Source of the DNA: Veleropilina oligotropha
Taxonomy: Eukaryota
Assembly (NCBI GenBank): GCA_048128005.1
Contig: JBEUKZ010000089.1
Span: 1-64,000, forward strand
Direction: 5' to 3'
Length of the DNA stretch: 64,000 bases
Shown piece after piece: positions 51,518 through 64,000 of this stretch; the stretch's first letter is position 1, and each line of letters opens with the position of its first letter. The notes beneath the pieces are model-generated. The model was not told the origin of the DNA and searched no databases. It worked only from the letters and a program-made list of their open reading frames with translations. A program made the translations under genes and the position numbers.

Positions 51518-53077
51518 TTATGTCTCCCATACCCTGTGGGGAGACATAGTTTTTGTACCATCCATCTGTCTGTCACGCTTTGGTTTCCGGACGATAACTA
51601 CCGTTCCCTTTAAGCGATTTTGTTCATATTTGGTACACAGGTTGCTTATGAGGAGAGGTCGCTTGGGATTGCTTTTCAGGTCTGTGCGCCAAAGGTCATG
51701 TGATCTGTTACTAAAAATAGAATGTTGGCTCCGATTTGGTTTCTGGATGATAACTACCGTTCCCTTTAAGCGTTTTTGTTCATATTTGGTACACAGGTTG
51801 CTTATGAGGAGAGGTCGTTTGGGATTGCTTTTCAGGTCGGTGCGCCAAAGGTCATGTAATCTGTTACTAAAAATAGAATTTTGCCTCCGATTTGGTTTCT
51901 GGATGATAACTACCGTTCCATTTCAGCGATTTTGTTCATATTTCGTACACAGGTTGCTAATGAGAAGAGGTCGCTTGGGATTGATTTTCAGGTTGGTGCA
52001 CCAAAGGTAACATGACCTGTGGCTAAAAAAAAAAATTCCTAAATTTTCAATTGCGATTTGCTTTCCGGACGATAAATACTGTTCATTCTTAGCGAACATA
52101 TTCATATTTACCAGGCAGGTTGCCTATCAGGATAAGACTTTTGGAATTGCATTTGAGGTCAATCGCTTAAAAGTCACATGACATGTTGCTAAAATAGAAT
52201 TTTGATTGCCTAGTGCATGTCGGCCTTGCGACTAGATACGCGCCGACTAAGGGCCTCTTCGATTGTCCTCTTCTTATTCCGGATTACAAATTCTCACGTC
52301 TTCGATTGGGACGGTAGACGAATTCCAGAAGAAGAGCTCTTCCGCTCTCGAGCAGGATTAGCTCGTCTTCCAAGATGGCAGACAACGAAACGCGTTCAGT
52401 TAGTTAGATGTAAGAAATTTGCTTTAACATGTGTGTCTGTCTGTCCGTGAGCATATCTCAACAACAATTGATCCGATTTACTTCATTTTTGTACACGAGA
52501 TAGGGGTCCACCATACGCTCGGCCCTCCCCAAAGATGATCGAAAACGGAAAGCGGATTCGGATTTTATAATGCAATTTCCGGTTTGTGGATTGTCTCTCT
52601 GCAGGCAAACAACCATTGCTCCGATTTATATCATTTTTTCACACACTGTATTGGCCATATTAATCTCAGTCTTCTTCAAAGATGATCGGACAGCGGATCC
52701 GGATTTTATGATGCAATTTCCGGATTTTCAGCTATATTTTAACGACCATTGAACCGATTTATCCACTTTTTTGACACAAGATAGGGTCCACCCTAGGATC
52801 GGTCCTCCACAAATATGATTGGAGTCGGAAAGCGGATCCGGATTTTGATGCAATTTCCCGTTTCCGCTTTTTCGGAGTCGGAAAGAAGATCCGGAGTCTA
52901 TGTCGCCATTTCCGGCTCCAGCGCTAGAGCGCTTTGGCAAACAAACTTCAAATTAGGCTCAAAATATTCAACTATTATTCGCCAAGATTTCTAGCTTCCA
53001 CAATTCTTTGCCACCGGGGCGAAGGCTGGCAATCTCGGATTGCCTTGTTTATTTTGTGACGCATCGTCGGGAGACTG
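51518..53077 (+). mobile_element. HINE/pearl-like element with an internal ~156-bp tandem array
   Basis: 5' palindrome TGTCTCCC..GGGAGACA, (CTGT/CCAT)n microsatellite, units at 51593, 51749, 51905 and 52071, matching GGGAGAC at ~53069. Confidence 0.7.
52201..53050 (+). mobile_element. Second HINE-like element nested in the first
   Basis: 5' GATTGCC, (GTCT)n microsatellite, diverged internal repeats, 3' hairpin GGCAATC-TCG-GATTGCC followed by TTGTT. Confidence 0.6.
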
Positions 53078-53156
53078 TGGTTATGAACATCTGTACCTGA
53101 CTGTTAACCGCATAAATAATCAAGTCGAGGAATCGGTTTGGTTTGGATAGATGTTT

Positions 53157-53277
53157 ATCACAAATTCGATTTCTCGATATCAAGAACTCGAATTTGTGAT
53201 ATCAGGAATTCGAATATGTGATATCAAAAAATCGAATTCTTGATATCACAAATTCGAATTCTTGATATCACAAATTC
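53157..53277. repeat. 22-bp-period palindromic array (GATATC and TCGA centres)
   Basis: GATATC recurs every 22 bp with AATTCGAATT-like spacers. Confidence 0.85.
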
Positions 53278-54103
53278 CATATTTTAAAATGGTCACGCAG
53301 AAAATATTTTGACCGATCCCTAGTTTTCGCGCCGATAAGGGCGATAATCGGATTGAAAATGGCGGCAGGTATGGTTTTGCATGCCGTATCCGTTATCAAC
53401 AGGCTTACCGACAAGCGCCGAGCGGACAGACAAGAGGATTATTTTTGTTCTGATAGTTCAACTGATGTTCTATATCGGAGAACTTTAAGGGCATTTACCC
53501 CACTGCGCTCTGAGGGTAATTATTAAGGTTTCAGTGGTTAAACCATGGAGGAATAGTGTTTGTGTATGCCCATGTCGCGCGTGTTTTTTACGAACCTACG
53601 CGTTTCGCGAACGAGTTCGTAATTTGCGCAACCATTCCCAGCATATATTATTATACTACATAGCCTACAAACGTATTAAATAATTTTTAAATGTGTAACA
53701 ATTAGGCTGATGAATAGTGCATTTATTATTACGTACTGTCCTATTATTTCTATGGAACACCATTCGATCGTGACATATTCATCACGAACTTGGCCATTTT
53801 TACGAATGGAGAGATATCAGTAATAATTATATCTAGGGTGCTTAACTTTTTTCTTTGTGTATACATGACATTAGTAAGTTGTCAAATAGTTTTTACAACT
53901 AGGACATGGTCTACTATTAGAATATGCTATGACTGGGTTCCTATGACTTAGCCGATCATTAGTAATTTGCATTAAAAAATATTACTGTCCATAAATTGAC
54001 TGACTGAATGTCTCACAAATACATATTATTTTATACAATTGTTTAGGCAAGCCTAGTTTATACAACAAATGTTTAGATAAAAGGAAATGTTTGTTTCTGT
54101 CTG

Positions 54104-57100
54104 GGCCCCATTTCACAAAAAAACTTACGTGCGGTCACAAGTCTTAGACTTACGACAATCTTAAGATTATTTTAAGACCGTTTCACAAAGGTCGTCTTAA
54201 GTTTGTCGCAAGACGTAAATCTTACGACAAACGTAAGATTGTTGTAACTCTTCAAGCGAAATGGTTAAAAAGACCTTAGTTACGCGCTGAATTACGCACG
54301 AGTCAAATATTGTCAACATTCGCATTATTATAGTGCACAATAAAAATGTCAGGATAGAAGATAATATCTATTATAAGACTATTTAACTATATTTTACTCT
54401 AAAACTTGCTTCCGTCCAAAAATACCTCCTTCCGATATGCATGAATTGAATTGATGTTTAACGACCACGCCGACACTATAATGGTCATAATCGGGTCGGT
54501 CAAGTTAATTATATAATAGTTTAATATAAAAAGATAAAAGTTGTGATACAAATTTCATAATAAAATATCAATAAAATAAAATGTGAAAAATAATAAAAAC
54601 GAATCAATATATTTACAAGTAAAACAGGCAATGCAAATTTGGATAAAAGCAAATCAATAAAATGGAACATAACATGGTATATTTACAGGTTAAAACGATA
54701 TAAATATGCAAAGCAATAAAATAAAAACAAGTATAATAATAAAAGCAAGATATCAAATTTGTGAAATAAAATATAAAATTATAACTTGTAAAAAATATTT
54801 GTTTTAAAAAACTCAAATATATTTTCGAGCTTGGTGAATTTAAATAACTCTTGGAGTGAGTTTGCCCTAAAGTGTTTTTGGCGTGCGAGATCAAAATCGA
54901 CACAATCCAATAATATATGTTTATTTGTTGGGGCAGTTGCACAAGTAATACACTCAGGTGGAGGCTCCCCTTTAAGCAAGTAGGAGTGAGTGTAGTGCGA
55001 ATGCCCAATTCTCAGTCTGGCCAAGACGACCTCCTCTCGCCGAGATCGCCTGCAAGAGGGTCCCCAGTCACCAAGAAGAGGTTGGACATTCTGCAGTTTA
55101 TTCCTTGTGCATTCACTCCAAGAGTGCTGCCAAGTAGAATTTATATATTTGTTTATGCTTTGTTTAAAATCAGTGCGAGGCAATTTACAATTTAGTGTGT
55201 GGTTAAAATGCGAGGCTGCCTTGGCAACTTGGTCAGCCTTCTCATTACCCTGGATACCGATATGGCTCGGTATCCAGCATAAAATAATGTCATTATCCGG
55301 TAAAAGGTTATATTTAATTAAAATATCTATAATAATAGGGTTTCTATTCACCCCCCTCAATGCCTGTAAGCTAGAGAGGGAGTCTGAATAGATAATAAAA
55401 CGCTTGCTATTACTCATTGAGATAAAATTGAGCGCTAGCTCGATTGCCTTCAATTCTGCAGTAAATATAGTCGCGCTGCCTGGCAGACGGTTTTGAAAAC
55501 ATTGTCTGCCAGTGACAGCGGCTGCTCCTACTAATTCTGCATCTTTTGAACCATCTGTGTATATGCTTGCACGATCTGAATATTTTAGTTTCAAATCGTG
55601 CACTTTTGTGAGATAATCTGATGTGTCTGTGTTTGATTTTTTGAGTGATGCAAGTTGTAGATCAATTTCCGGTACTTTTAGTGTCCATGGTGGAGTATCC
55701 GGAATGTGAATTTGTTTTAATTTGACCTACATGTATGCCTGCGTTTTCTAGTGCTGGTTTGATGCGGATGCCAAATGGTGCAATTTTGTTTGGTTTTGCC
55801 TGATATAGATGTTCATAATTTGGTGTAAATACAGTTTCGAAAGCAGGGTTAGATGGATTTGATTTTAATTTTATTGCATATTGTAGTGATAATTTTTCAC
55901 GTCTGAGTGTAAGAGATGGTTCATTGGTTTCGACATAGAGGCTTTCCATGGGTGATGTACGGAAAGCCCCCAGTGCAAGTCGAAGCCCTTGGTTATGGAT
56001 TGGATCAAGCATTTTAAGGTATGAATGGCGAGCAGAGCCATATACAATGCTCCCATAATCAAGTTTAGATCTAATAAAAGATAAATATAATCTAAGTAAA
56101 ACTTTTTTATCGGCACCCCATTCAGTATTAGAAACTACTTTCATTATATTTAAAGCTTTTTTACATTTAGCTTTAATGTATTTTAAATGCGGTATGAAAG
56201 ACTAATTCTGCATATTTTGAACCATCTGTGTATATGCTTGCACGATCTGAATATTTTAATTTCGGATCGTGCACTATTGAGAGATAATCTGATGTGTCTG
56301 TGTTTGATTTTTTCAGTGAAGTAAGATGTAGGTCAATTTCTGGTAATTTAAGAGTCCATGGTGGAGTATCCGGAATGTAGTTTGTTCTAATTTGAGCTAC
56401 ATGTATGCCAGAGCTTTCTAGTGCAGGTTTTATGCGAATGCCGAATGGTGCAATTTTGTTTGGTTTTGCCAGAAATAATTTTTCGTAATTAGGTGTAAAT
56501 ACAGTTTCGAAAGCTGGGTTAGATGGGTGTGATTTTAATTTGATTGCATAGTGCAGTGATAATTTTTCACGTCTGAGTGTAAGAGATGGTTCATTGGCTT
56601 CGACATAGAGGCTTTCCATGGGTGATGTGCGGAAAGCCCCAAGTGCAAGTCGAAGCCCTTGATTATGGATTGGATCAAGCATTTTAAGATATGAATGGCG
56701 AGCAGAGCCATATACTATGCTCCCATAATCAAGTTTTGATCTAATTAATGATCTGTATAGTCGTAATAAAACTGTTTTATCAGCACCCCATTCAGTATTA
56801 GAAACTACTTTCATTAGATTCAAAGCGTTCTTGCATTTAGCTTTGATATATTTTTTATGAGGTATGAAAGTCAGTTTGCGGTCAAATATAAGGCCTAAAA
56901 ATTTAAATTGGTCCACCACTGGAATCTCAAAGCCATCCAGTTTTAGCACAGGGTCGTCATGAATTTTACGACGCTGGCAGAAATGCATGCATTTAGTTTT
57001 GTCCTTTGAGAATTTAAATCCATTCTCATCGGACCATATCTGTAATTTATTTAGGCCATGTTGTAGCGGGCGTTCTATACTGTTCATATTTGTTGAACGA

Positions 57101-58492
57101 TAGCAAATGCCAAAATCGTCAACAAATAATGAACGGTCAGTGCCAGTATTAATACATTTGGCGATACTGTCGATCTTAATACTGAATAGGGTGACTGATA
57201 AAATACTTCCTTGAGGGACACCCATCTCCTGGTCGTGGATATCGGAGAGGGTGTCACCCACCTTCACTTGAAAATTTCTATCCTCGAGGAATTTCGAAAT
57301 AAAATTGGGCAAGTGGCCCTTTAAACCAAAATCAAACAAATCATTCATAATCCCGAAATCATTCATAATCCCGTACTTCCAAGTAGTGTCGTAGGCCTTC
57401 TCTAGATCGAAAAAAACAGCAACTAAATGTTGTCTGTTTATGAAGGCCTCACGAACAAAAGTTTCCAGACGTACCAAGTGATCTGTGGTGCTCCGGTTGC
57501 GCCGGAATCCACATTGATATTCTGTAAGTAAATTATTTGATTCTAAGTACCAAACTCATCTCTCATTTATCATCCTTTCCATGGTTTTACAAATACAACT
57601 CGTCAGGGCTATGGGTCGATAACTGTTGGGATGTGATGTATCTTTCCCTGCCTTTGCAATTGGGATAATAATAGCTTCCCTCCACGAGGGAGGGAAGGTT
57701 CCAGTTTCCCAGATAGTATTGAATATTGCAAGTAGAGTTGTAAGTGATGTTCCGGGTAAGTGCTTAAGTAATTGATAGTGAATGTCATCAGGGCCAACTG
57801 ATGTGTCATGTGCCTTGTTTAGTGAATCTGTGAGTTCCTTGTGTGAAAATGGTTGGTTGTATGACTCTGTATTGCTTGATCTAAAATTGAGCCTTGTTTT
57901 TTCTTTTTGATGTTTAAATTGGCTGAATTTTGGAGTGCAGCTGTCGGATGATGAATTGGCAGAAACTGTGTCTGCCAAGGTGTTTGCGATGTCTTTAGCC
58001 GTGTTGGCTTCTGAATTGGTTGTTTTAAGGTGCTTGATGCAGTTGGGTGTATGCTTGCCGCTGATTTTATGGATCATATCCCATGTTTTTTTTAATAGTG
58101 GAACGAGAGTTTAGTTTGGTAACGTAGGCATGCCAGGATTCCCTTTTGCTGTGCTTGATGGTACGTCTGGCTTGTGCTCTTAATAGCCTAAAGCTATTAA
58201 GATTTTGCAGTGTTGGGTACTGGTTAAATGTTGAAATTGCATGTATGCGTGCTTTGATTGCTTGTCCTTCCGATATGCCTATTTTCAAAATCTGAAGATA
58301 TTCCAGGTGATTTGTGGGGTGAAACTGGTCGAAAATAGTCTTACATCTGCCGATACCCACACGTAGACTTAAGACCGATATCGGTTGTAAGATTATATTT
58401 AACACTTTATGTGAAACACGTAGGATCGCGAGTTGGACTTACGACAATTTTACGTCTAAGACCGCATGTAACTTTTTTTGTGAAATGGGGCC
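54104..58492. mobile_element. PIF/Harbinger-like MITE (~550 bp without the nested LINE)
   Basis: TIRs GGCCCCATTTCACAAAAAAA and TTTTTTTGTGAAATGGGGCC flanked by CTG and CAG. Confidence 0.75.
54441..58264 (-). mobile_element. 5'-truncated family-A LINE with an internal ~670-bp duplication
   Basis: 14-bp TSD TCCTTCCGATATGC (54427-54440 and 58265-58278); RT, RNase H and CCHC remnants; duplication junction at ~56202. Confidence 0.93.
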
Positions 58493-58560
58493 CAGATGTG
58501 CTAATGACTTGACAAGTAATGAGCTCACCATAGTCATCAAGCCACGCAACTGGTAATGTA

Positions 58561-59795
58561 CCGTAATTTGGGATGAATAGGGACTGCGAGGTGAATAGGG
58601 ACAAAAATTAAGAAAGTAGGTAATTGACCTGAAATTACCTGTTAATGAACCAGTAGAGTATTGATTCGTTTTCAGTTTGAATGTATACAAGTACTTGATG
58701 GTTTGCATGGAAAAAATATTTGTATACCCAATACCATGAGTTGTTGCCCTTGAAAGCTTCTTATGCCATTTTCGTTAAATTTCCAATGTTGACATAACTT
58801 TCTATTATCAGATTAAACTGTAGCTGTGATGCAATCCTAATTGCCTGGTTCATCTCTAACATTGTGTTGGACACTTATTTTTGAGAATTCTAAAAACCTG
58901 GGACAAACAGCGACTTTTGAAAAACAAGAGTTTATTCCTGACCCGAATTTGAAAAATATCCGGGGTGAATAGGGACACCATGCCGCGCACATACAAACCC
59001 GAACCGGGTAAGAAACGCTATAAAAAGGCTTCTGAAAAGTACAAAATCTCCAAAACAGTACTGAAAGACAGATGGGGTTAGATTACCGGAGCTCTATATT
59101 CATGTGATTTAGATACAGAGACATGCATGTTGATCTTTGTTTTGCTATTGGTGAAGCCTACTGACAGACATAAAACTTTAGTTTGTTAATACAGACCAGG
59201 CTTGGTTTATATATAATTTATCATTTAATCACATTCCCAAGAAATTGGCCGATTCCGTCCGGTTTTCAACCAGTTTGTTTGGAATATGTTGAACAGATAC
59301 CTTGTTCAAGTTTCTTACTTCCATGAGTTATAGATGTACAAAATGACATGCTTTTAATAACATACCGGTACCGGTAATATGTTTTCTGAGAAGTGATTTC
59401 TGTTGCAAATTTTGAACGCTGTTCAGACAGAACAATTTTTTCGTTAATTTTGCCTAAATGTGTCAATATGAACATGTTTTCACATGAACATTACCTTGTT
59501 TCTTTTTTTTAAATCAATAGTACTGTCCCCATTCACCCCACAATTGGGTAGTATAGGGATAGGAATAGTAATCCTTGCCTGTCCCTATTGACCCCATCTC
59601 CGGGGTGAATAGGGACAACCATTTAGGAAATAAAAAATAGGTCAAAGACATAAAAATCGAAGAAAAAAATTATATGTTCCAATACTATGTATGATATGCC
59701 AACTTTTGATGGTGTAATTGTTTAAATAAAAACAAAGGTGAATGTGACACCATAGAATGACTTAAAAAACTGTCCCTATTCACCCCAAATTACGG
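58561..59795 (+). mobile_element. Non-autonomous pogo/Tc1-mariner-type element
   Basis: TA TSD; TIR CCGTAATTTGGG(A/G)TGAATAGGGAC; internal GGTGAATAGGGAC copies; transposase stub MPRTYK...ASEKYKISKTVLKDR at 58980-59072. Confidence 0.8.
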
Positions 59796-60232
59796 TACCG
59801 TTGTTTTTTAACAATCCTAAATGGGTTTCTTGGACATACGTAGCCTACGGTAGGCCTACTGCCCGCCACCATCACATGGGAAAATTAAGGAAAAAATTTG
59901 CAGAAAACATTAGTAGGCTTATTATAAAATACAAGTGTACAGGTATTTACATTAGCTCAATTGTAGGTTATTTATTCTTAGAAATTCAGTCGCTTTCACC
60001 TTTCAGTGCTTGAAAAGATATAATTGATTACTAGTATTATTTGCATTTGTGATTTATTTACTAAAAGCATAAGTACAGTAGTTGCTACACTCCCTAAAAT
60101 TATTTGCATTTATCATGGCCAACATTATGGCGTATAGGCCTATATTTCTTAAATGTCAGCATACCGATAATAATGTGCATATTGTAATGTTCGTCAAACT
60201 ATGGGGTGCCGTTTTGCTATTTAATCGTTTTC

Positions 60233-60494
60233 GTGATATCACGCCGTCATCTAAGTGATATCACATAGAAGACTGGGTGATATCACCCATTCAAACGAAT
60301 GAGTGATATCACGCAGTCGTCTAGGTGATATCACATAAACAAACGAATGAGTGATATCACGCAGTCGTCTGCGTGATATCACGAAGTCGTCTATGTGATA
60401 TCACTCATTCGTTTGTGTCATATCACTCATTCAAACGAATGTGATATCACACAGTCGTCTATGTGATATCACTCAGTCGTCTAAGTGATATCAC
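60233..60494. repeat. Array of 12 GTGATATCAC palindromes, period 22-26 bp
   Basis: Directly visible; spacers are reused in both orientations. Confidence 0.9.
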
Positions 60495-60774
60495 GCATTC
60501 GTTTTGATCTACTGCTAAATAATAAATTATCCCCTGTGCTGCTCCGCAGTTGCAATCTCATGCGCCGATTGTGCTACGCTACTGTGTATGGGATTCGGCA
60601 GGGGAAATAACTCGTCTCTGTTTTGGAGACTGTCGTAGTTGGTGAAGCCTTTCGATTTACTGCATCGAGCGATTGTTATAGATAATACGTCATAATTTTC
60701 CAAGTAATTGGTGTGATTCATGCAGTGACTATAAACTGGTCAAATATGCGTCTTGAGTGAATTAAATATTAACC

Positions 60775-63700
60775 ATGAACCAAGTGCCCCCGCAAACAAT
60801 TAATAACCAACAAGCTCAACAAAAACGCGACATTTTAAGGCGCATTCAGCATGTAATAACTAGCGCCAACCGGTGTTTGAAAAATGAAGATGTTGACTGC
60901 AATCAAGTAAAAGTTGAGCTGAGGCAGGCATCGCGGTCATTGGGAGTAATCAAGGATATGTTGGCACAAGATCACTTCACCACAATCGAGTCTACGATCA
61001 TCTCTCTACTTGATCAGATTGACAGAAAGAAGCGGGAACAGGAAGCACCTGTCTCGTTTAGAGCTCCCCGAAACGTCCAGGAAGGTACTGTACATGTCCT
61101 AATTGTAATTTACATAATGTTGTGTCGTGCTGGCTGGTTATTTTATGCATTTCGTTAGAAACAGATGAACTTATCGATATATTGCATATATATGAAGGAC
61201 CATTTCCATGTACGGGGAAATGGACCTTCATAAATATGCAATATCGATAAAATCCCGCGCGTTTCCGCGTAGGCCTACATGCGCTTACATGGAAAGCGCT
61301 AAGGGGTTGCTTTTTCCGGCATTGACGACGTCGTGACATTTTGGTTATAGTTTTTCATTGAGTGTATATGGCTTGCTGAAGGCATTTTTTGGCATATAAT
61401 TATATGATTTATGTGATTATATGAATGGCACCTGATACTCTTGCAGTATTGAGTAATATTGAATATTTTTAAATTTAATTAATGCAAATATGGTGGTCTT
61501 TTTCGACATAAAAACTTGGGTGAATTTTAGGTTACAGTTTTTGATTTTTGATTGAGTGCACATGGCTTGCTCCAAGCAAGTTCTGTATGTTTCTTTACAG
61601 GGAGGCGTGGGCGCCCAAAAGTATTGATCGAAGACGCTCAACTAAATATGCTTCAGCAGCTTAATTATACAGCAAAGCAAATGGCTGGGCATTTCGACTG
61701 TTCGGAGAAGCTGGTTTATCAGCGTTTATATGACCTTGGCCGCCATCAAAGAAAGAAGTATACAAATATCACAGATGCTGAAGTGGACAGCATTATTGGC
61801 AAAATACAAGGCGACTTTCCCAATTCTGGATCAGTGGCAAGTATACAATTCATGTAAAAATTGCCGACATTTGTCTGCCCATTGGTCGTATTTTCAGGCC
61901 CATTCAACATTTCACAAACCAGTGGTTGAATGGAGAAAAAATTGAGTGTGTGGCATCAGGACAGCTGAGTAATGAATTAAAAGTGTGTGTGTGTGTGTGT
62001 ATATATATCCCCCAGGAATCGTGTATATATATGATCCCTCGGGAATAAAAATCACAACTTCGAGCATGAAATCCTTTCAGCTATACGTCGCCCATGTATA
62101 TGATGTCTTTTCCATTGTTACGTGTTTTGTGTTTCATGGTTACATGCATTATAGAAACCAGAAGAGTCAGTAGACTAGCTAGTGTAATACTGTTCCATTT
62201 CTGCCTCTTGCTTTATTTTACTCTTCGAATAAAGTGGATTAAAGTGCATGGAAAGTCACATCTGGGTCCTTTATTTTACTTTACAGATGATGACTGGAAT
62301 ACTTCAAGCAAAAGGATTAGTTATTCAAAGAAAACGGTTTCATGAAAGTATTCACAGGGTCAATCCCGTGTCTATGGCACAACGTCTTGGTACAACTGTT
62401 TCACGAAGGCATTACTCTGTCCAAATGAGTAACTCTCTGTGGTACATAGATGGCCACATGAAATTAGCAAGGTATATATGCATATACATATCGCATTTTA
62501 CTGTTTTTCAAAGCTTTACCAATTCCTTGGGCAAGGAAATAAGACACAATTGCTCCATCTGATCGTATAGAGACGTTAAACCGGTGGTCCCGAATGCGAT
62601 ACCGGTGAAATACTCTGAACGTGGTTGTGAAATCTCCGATTCAAATCAAAATCAAACAGAGTCGCGTGGTCTCGACGACCGACTCTGAAATCACTGGTTA
62701 AATTATTTCCTGACACGAACAGTAGTGCGTTGGAATCTTGATTGGGATATTGACATTGTTCAGCTATGAATCACAGTTTTCCGTAACTGGTCGGAGAGGG
62801 CAGGTATCCCCAGGCGATCGGGCTTTCCTCCCGCGATAATATGGACATGCCCTGCTTTGAACCTGATGCATGTTAAATATGCAGGACACAAGGCATCGGT
62901 CCTATCCTATCAATCAAATGGAAATATAACAATGGCGCACAGCTGTAACATGCAATAACTTCTCATTAATTACCTTGAACAGTGCTAGATCTACTTCAGA
63001 CCGCATTTAACGTCATAATACACCTACATTTATTTAAATTATATTATATATCTGTCGTTAATACTTGATACTTTTAATCTGTTAATTATTTTACAGATGG
63101 GGTATTTCCACTCATGGAGGTATTGATGGATACAGTCGCTTGATTGTGTTTTTGCGAGCAAATGTAGATAATAAAGCAACAACAGTTCTATATCATGTTG
63201 TGAAGGCTTGTCCGAAGTATAGCGTGCCACCTCGTGTTAGGTCAGACTTTGGGGGTGAAAATATCATGGTTTCCCTTTTCATGAACATGATGAATGGACA
63301 GGATAGGCACAGCCACATAACTGTGAGATCAGTTCATAACCAACGCATTGAAAGGTTGCGGCGAGATGTGTTCTATCACATGGAAGAACAGGGGCAGTTG
63401 GATCCAGAAAATGCTTATCATTGAATGGCCATCAAATATGCTTTTGTTCCAGCTATTAACAATCAGCTGGATGCATTTAGAATGGGCTGGAACTGCCACA
63501 AAATATCCACTGAAAGCAATCTTTCACCTCATCAGCTGTGGCTGAATGGAATTGTTGCGCACATCAATTCATCTAGTATTCTAGTAAGAAATATGTATGG
63601 CAATCCTCTTGCAGTCACAATTGAAGAACGATTGAGAGGCTATGGACTGGATCCAGCTAATTTCAGAGGAAATGATGAGCTCAGTGCTTCGGTGACCAGC

Positions 63701-63802
63701 CTGACCACTGATCAAGAAGAAAATCTTCTGTCCCTGTTTACAGACATACCTACCAGTGCTGAACGCTATAAGAAATGTCTGATTTCTTTGGAAGGGTTAT
63801 AA
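60775..63802 (+). pseudogene. Spliced integrase-core (IS3/rve-like DDE) transposase, 4 exons, one in-frame stop
   Basis: Exons 60775-61084, 61601-61836, 62287-62471 and 63097-63802 join in frame. Motifs GRPK, RR.YSV, WYIDG, HGGIDGYSR, RSDFGGEN, SVHNQRIERL. TGA at 63422-63424. Confidence 0.85.
62524..62915 (+). mobile_element. Two adjacent decayed SINE remnants in intron 3
   Basis: CCTTGGGCAAGG and GAGACGTTAAACCGG ending in a CAAATCAAAATCAAAC tail, then a diverged relative of the 36035 SINE. Confidence 0.6.
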
Positions 63803-63889
63803 CATGCTGCTGATATATGAATGCCTTGATAATGAATTGAATGCATGGGCTGGCCTTTAAATTAAGTGTATGGCATTTCTAAACGGATA

Positions 63890-64000
63890 GGATGGGATCG
63901 ATTCTTAATGTCTGTGTATTTACAACAGTGGACGTTCAAGCAGGACATGTCCGTATATTGCATGAGTAAAGCCTGGTCGCCGGGATAAACCCGCCCTCAC
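63890..64000 (-). mobile_element. 3' part of a diverged SINE of the 36035 family
   Basis: CTTAATGTC..CAGGACATGTCCGT..GGTCGCCGGG.TAAACCCGCCCTC matches the 51076 copy. Confidence 0.7.

Larger units (their letters stand above)
60200..64000 (+). mobile_element. IS3EU-like DDE transposon, left part
   Basis: Candidate terminus TATGGGGTGCCGTTTTG at 60200, subterminal palindrome array and an IS3/rve-type integrase gene. The right end is not seen. Confidence 0.55.

Noticed and set aside
51630..52010. Repeat-protein ORF
   Set aside because: A by-product of the 156-bp tandem array, whose unit length is a multiple of 3.
60233..60494. CRISPR-like repeat-spacer array
   Set aside because: The repeat is only 10 bp, spacers are 12-16 bp and reused, there are no cas genes, and the context is eukaryotic.
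1..64000. Uni-strand piRNA cluster
   Set aside because: Elements lie on both strands with no clear bias; cannot be judged without small-RNA data.

Overview
Animal (invertebrate, probably mollusc-like; inferred from the repeat types) genomic DNA made almost entirely of nested, decayed transposable elements; no intact host gene was found. Main components: many copies of one I-group (I/Nimb-like) LINE ('family A': CCHC-knuckle ORF1; APE-RT-RNaseH ORF2), the 5' half of a diverged relative ('family B'), two full-length CR1-group (Crack/L2-like) LINEs, tRNA-derived SINEs, HINE/pearl-like elements and MITEs. There are also remnants of Academ-, Polinton-, DIRS-, pogo- and IS3EU-like elements. Target-site duplications allow most of the nesting order to be reconstructed. 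The most notable signals are RNA structures in the LINE 5'UTRs. An HDV-like ribozyme fold sits exactly at the TSD-defined 5' end of family B (22435-22510), and two further domains are shared by families A and B with conserved loops and fully covarying stems, one ending about 20 nt before the ORF1 AUG. All superfamily names come from motif recognition by eye, not from database searches.
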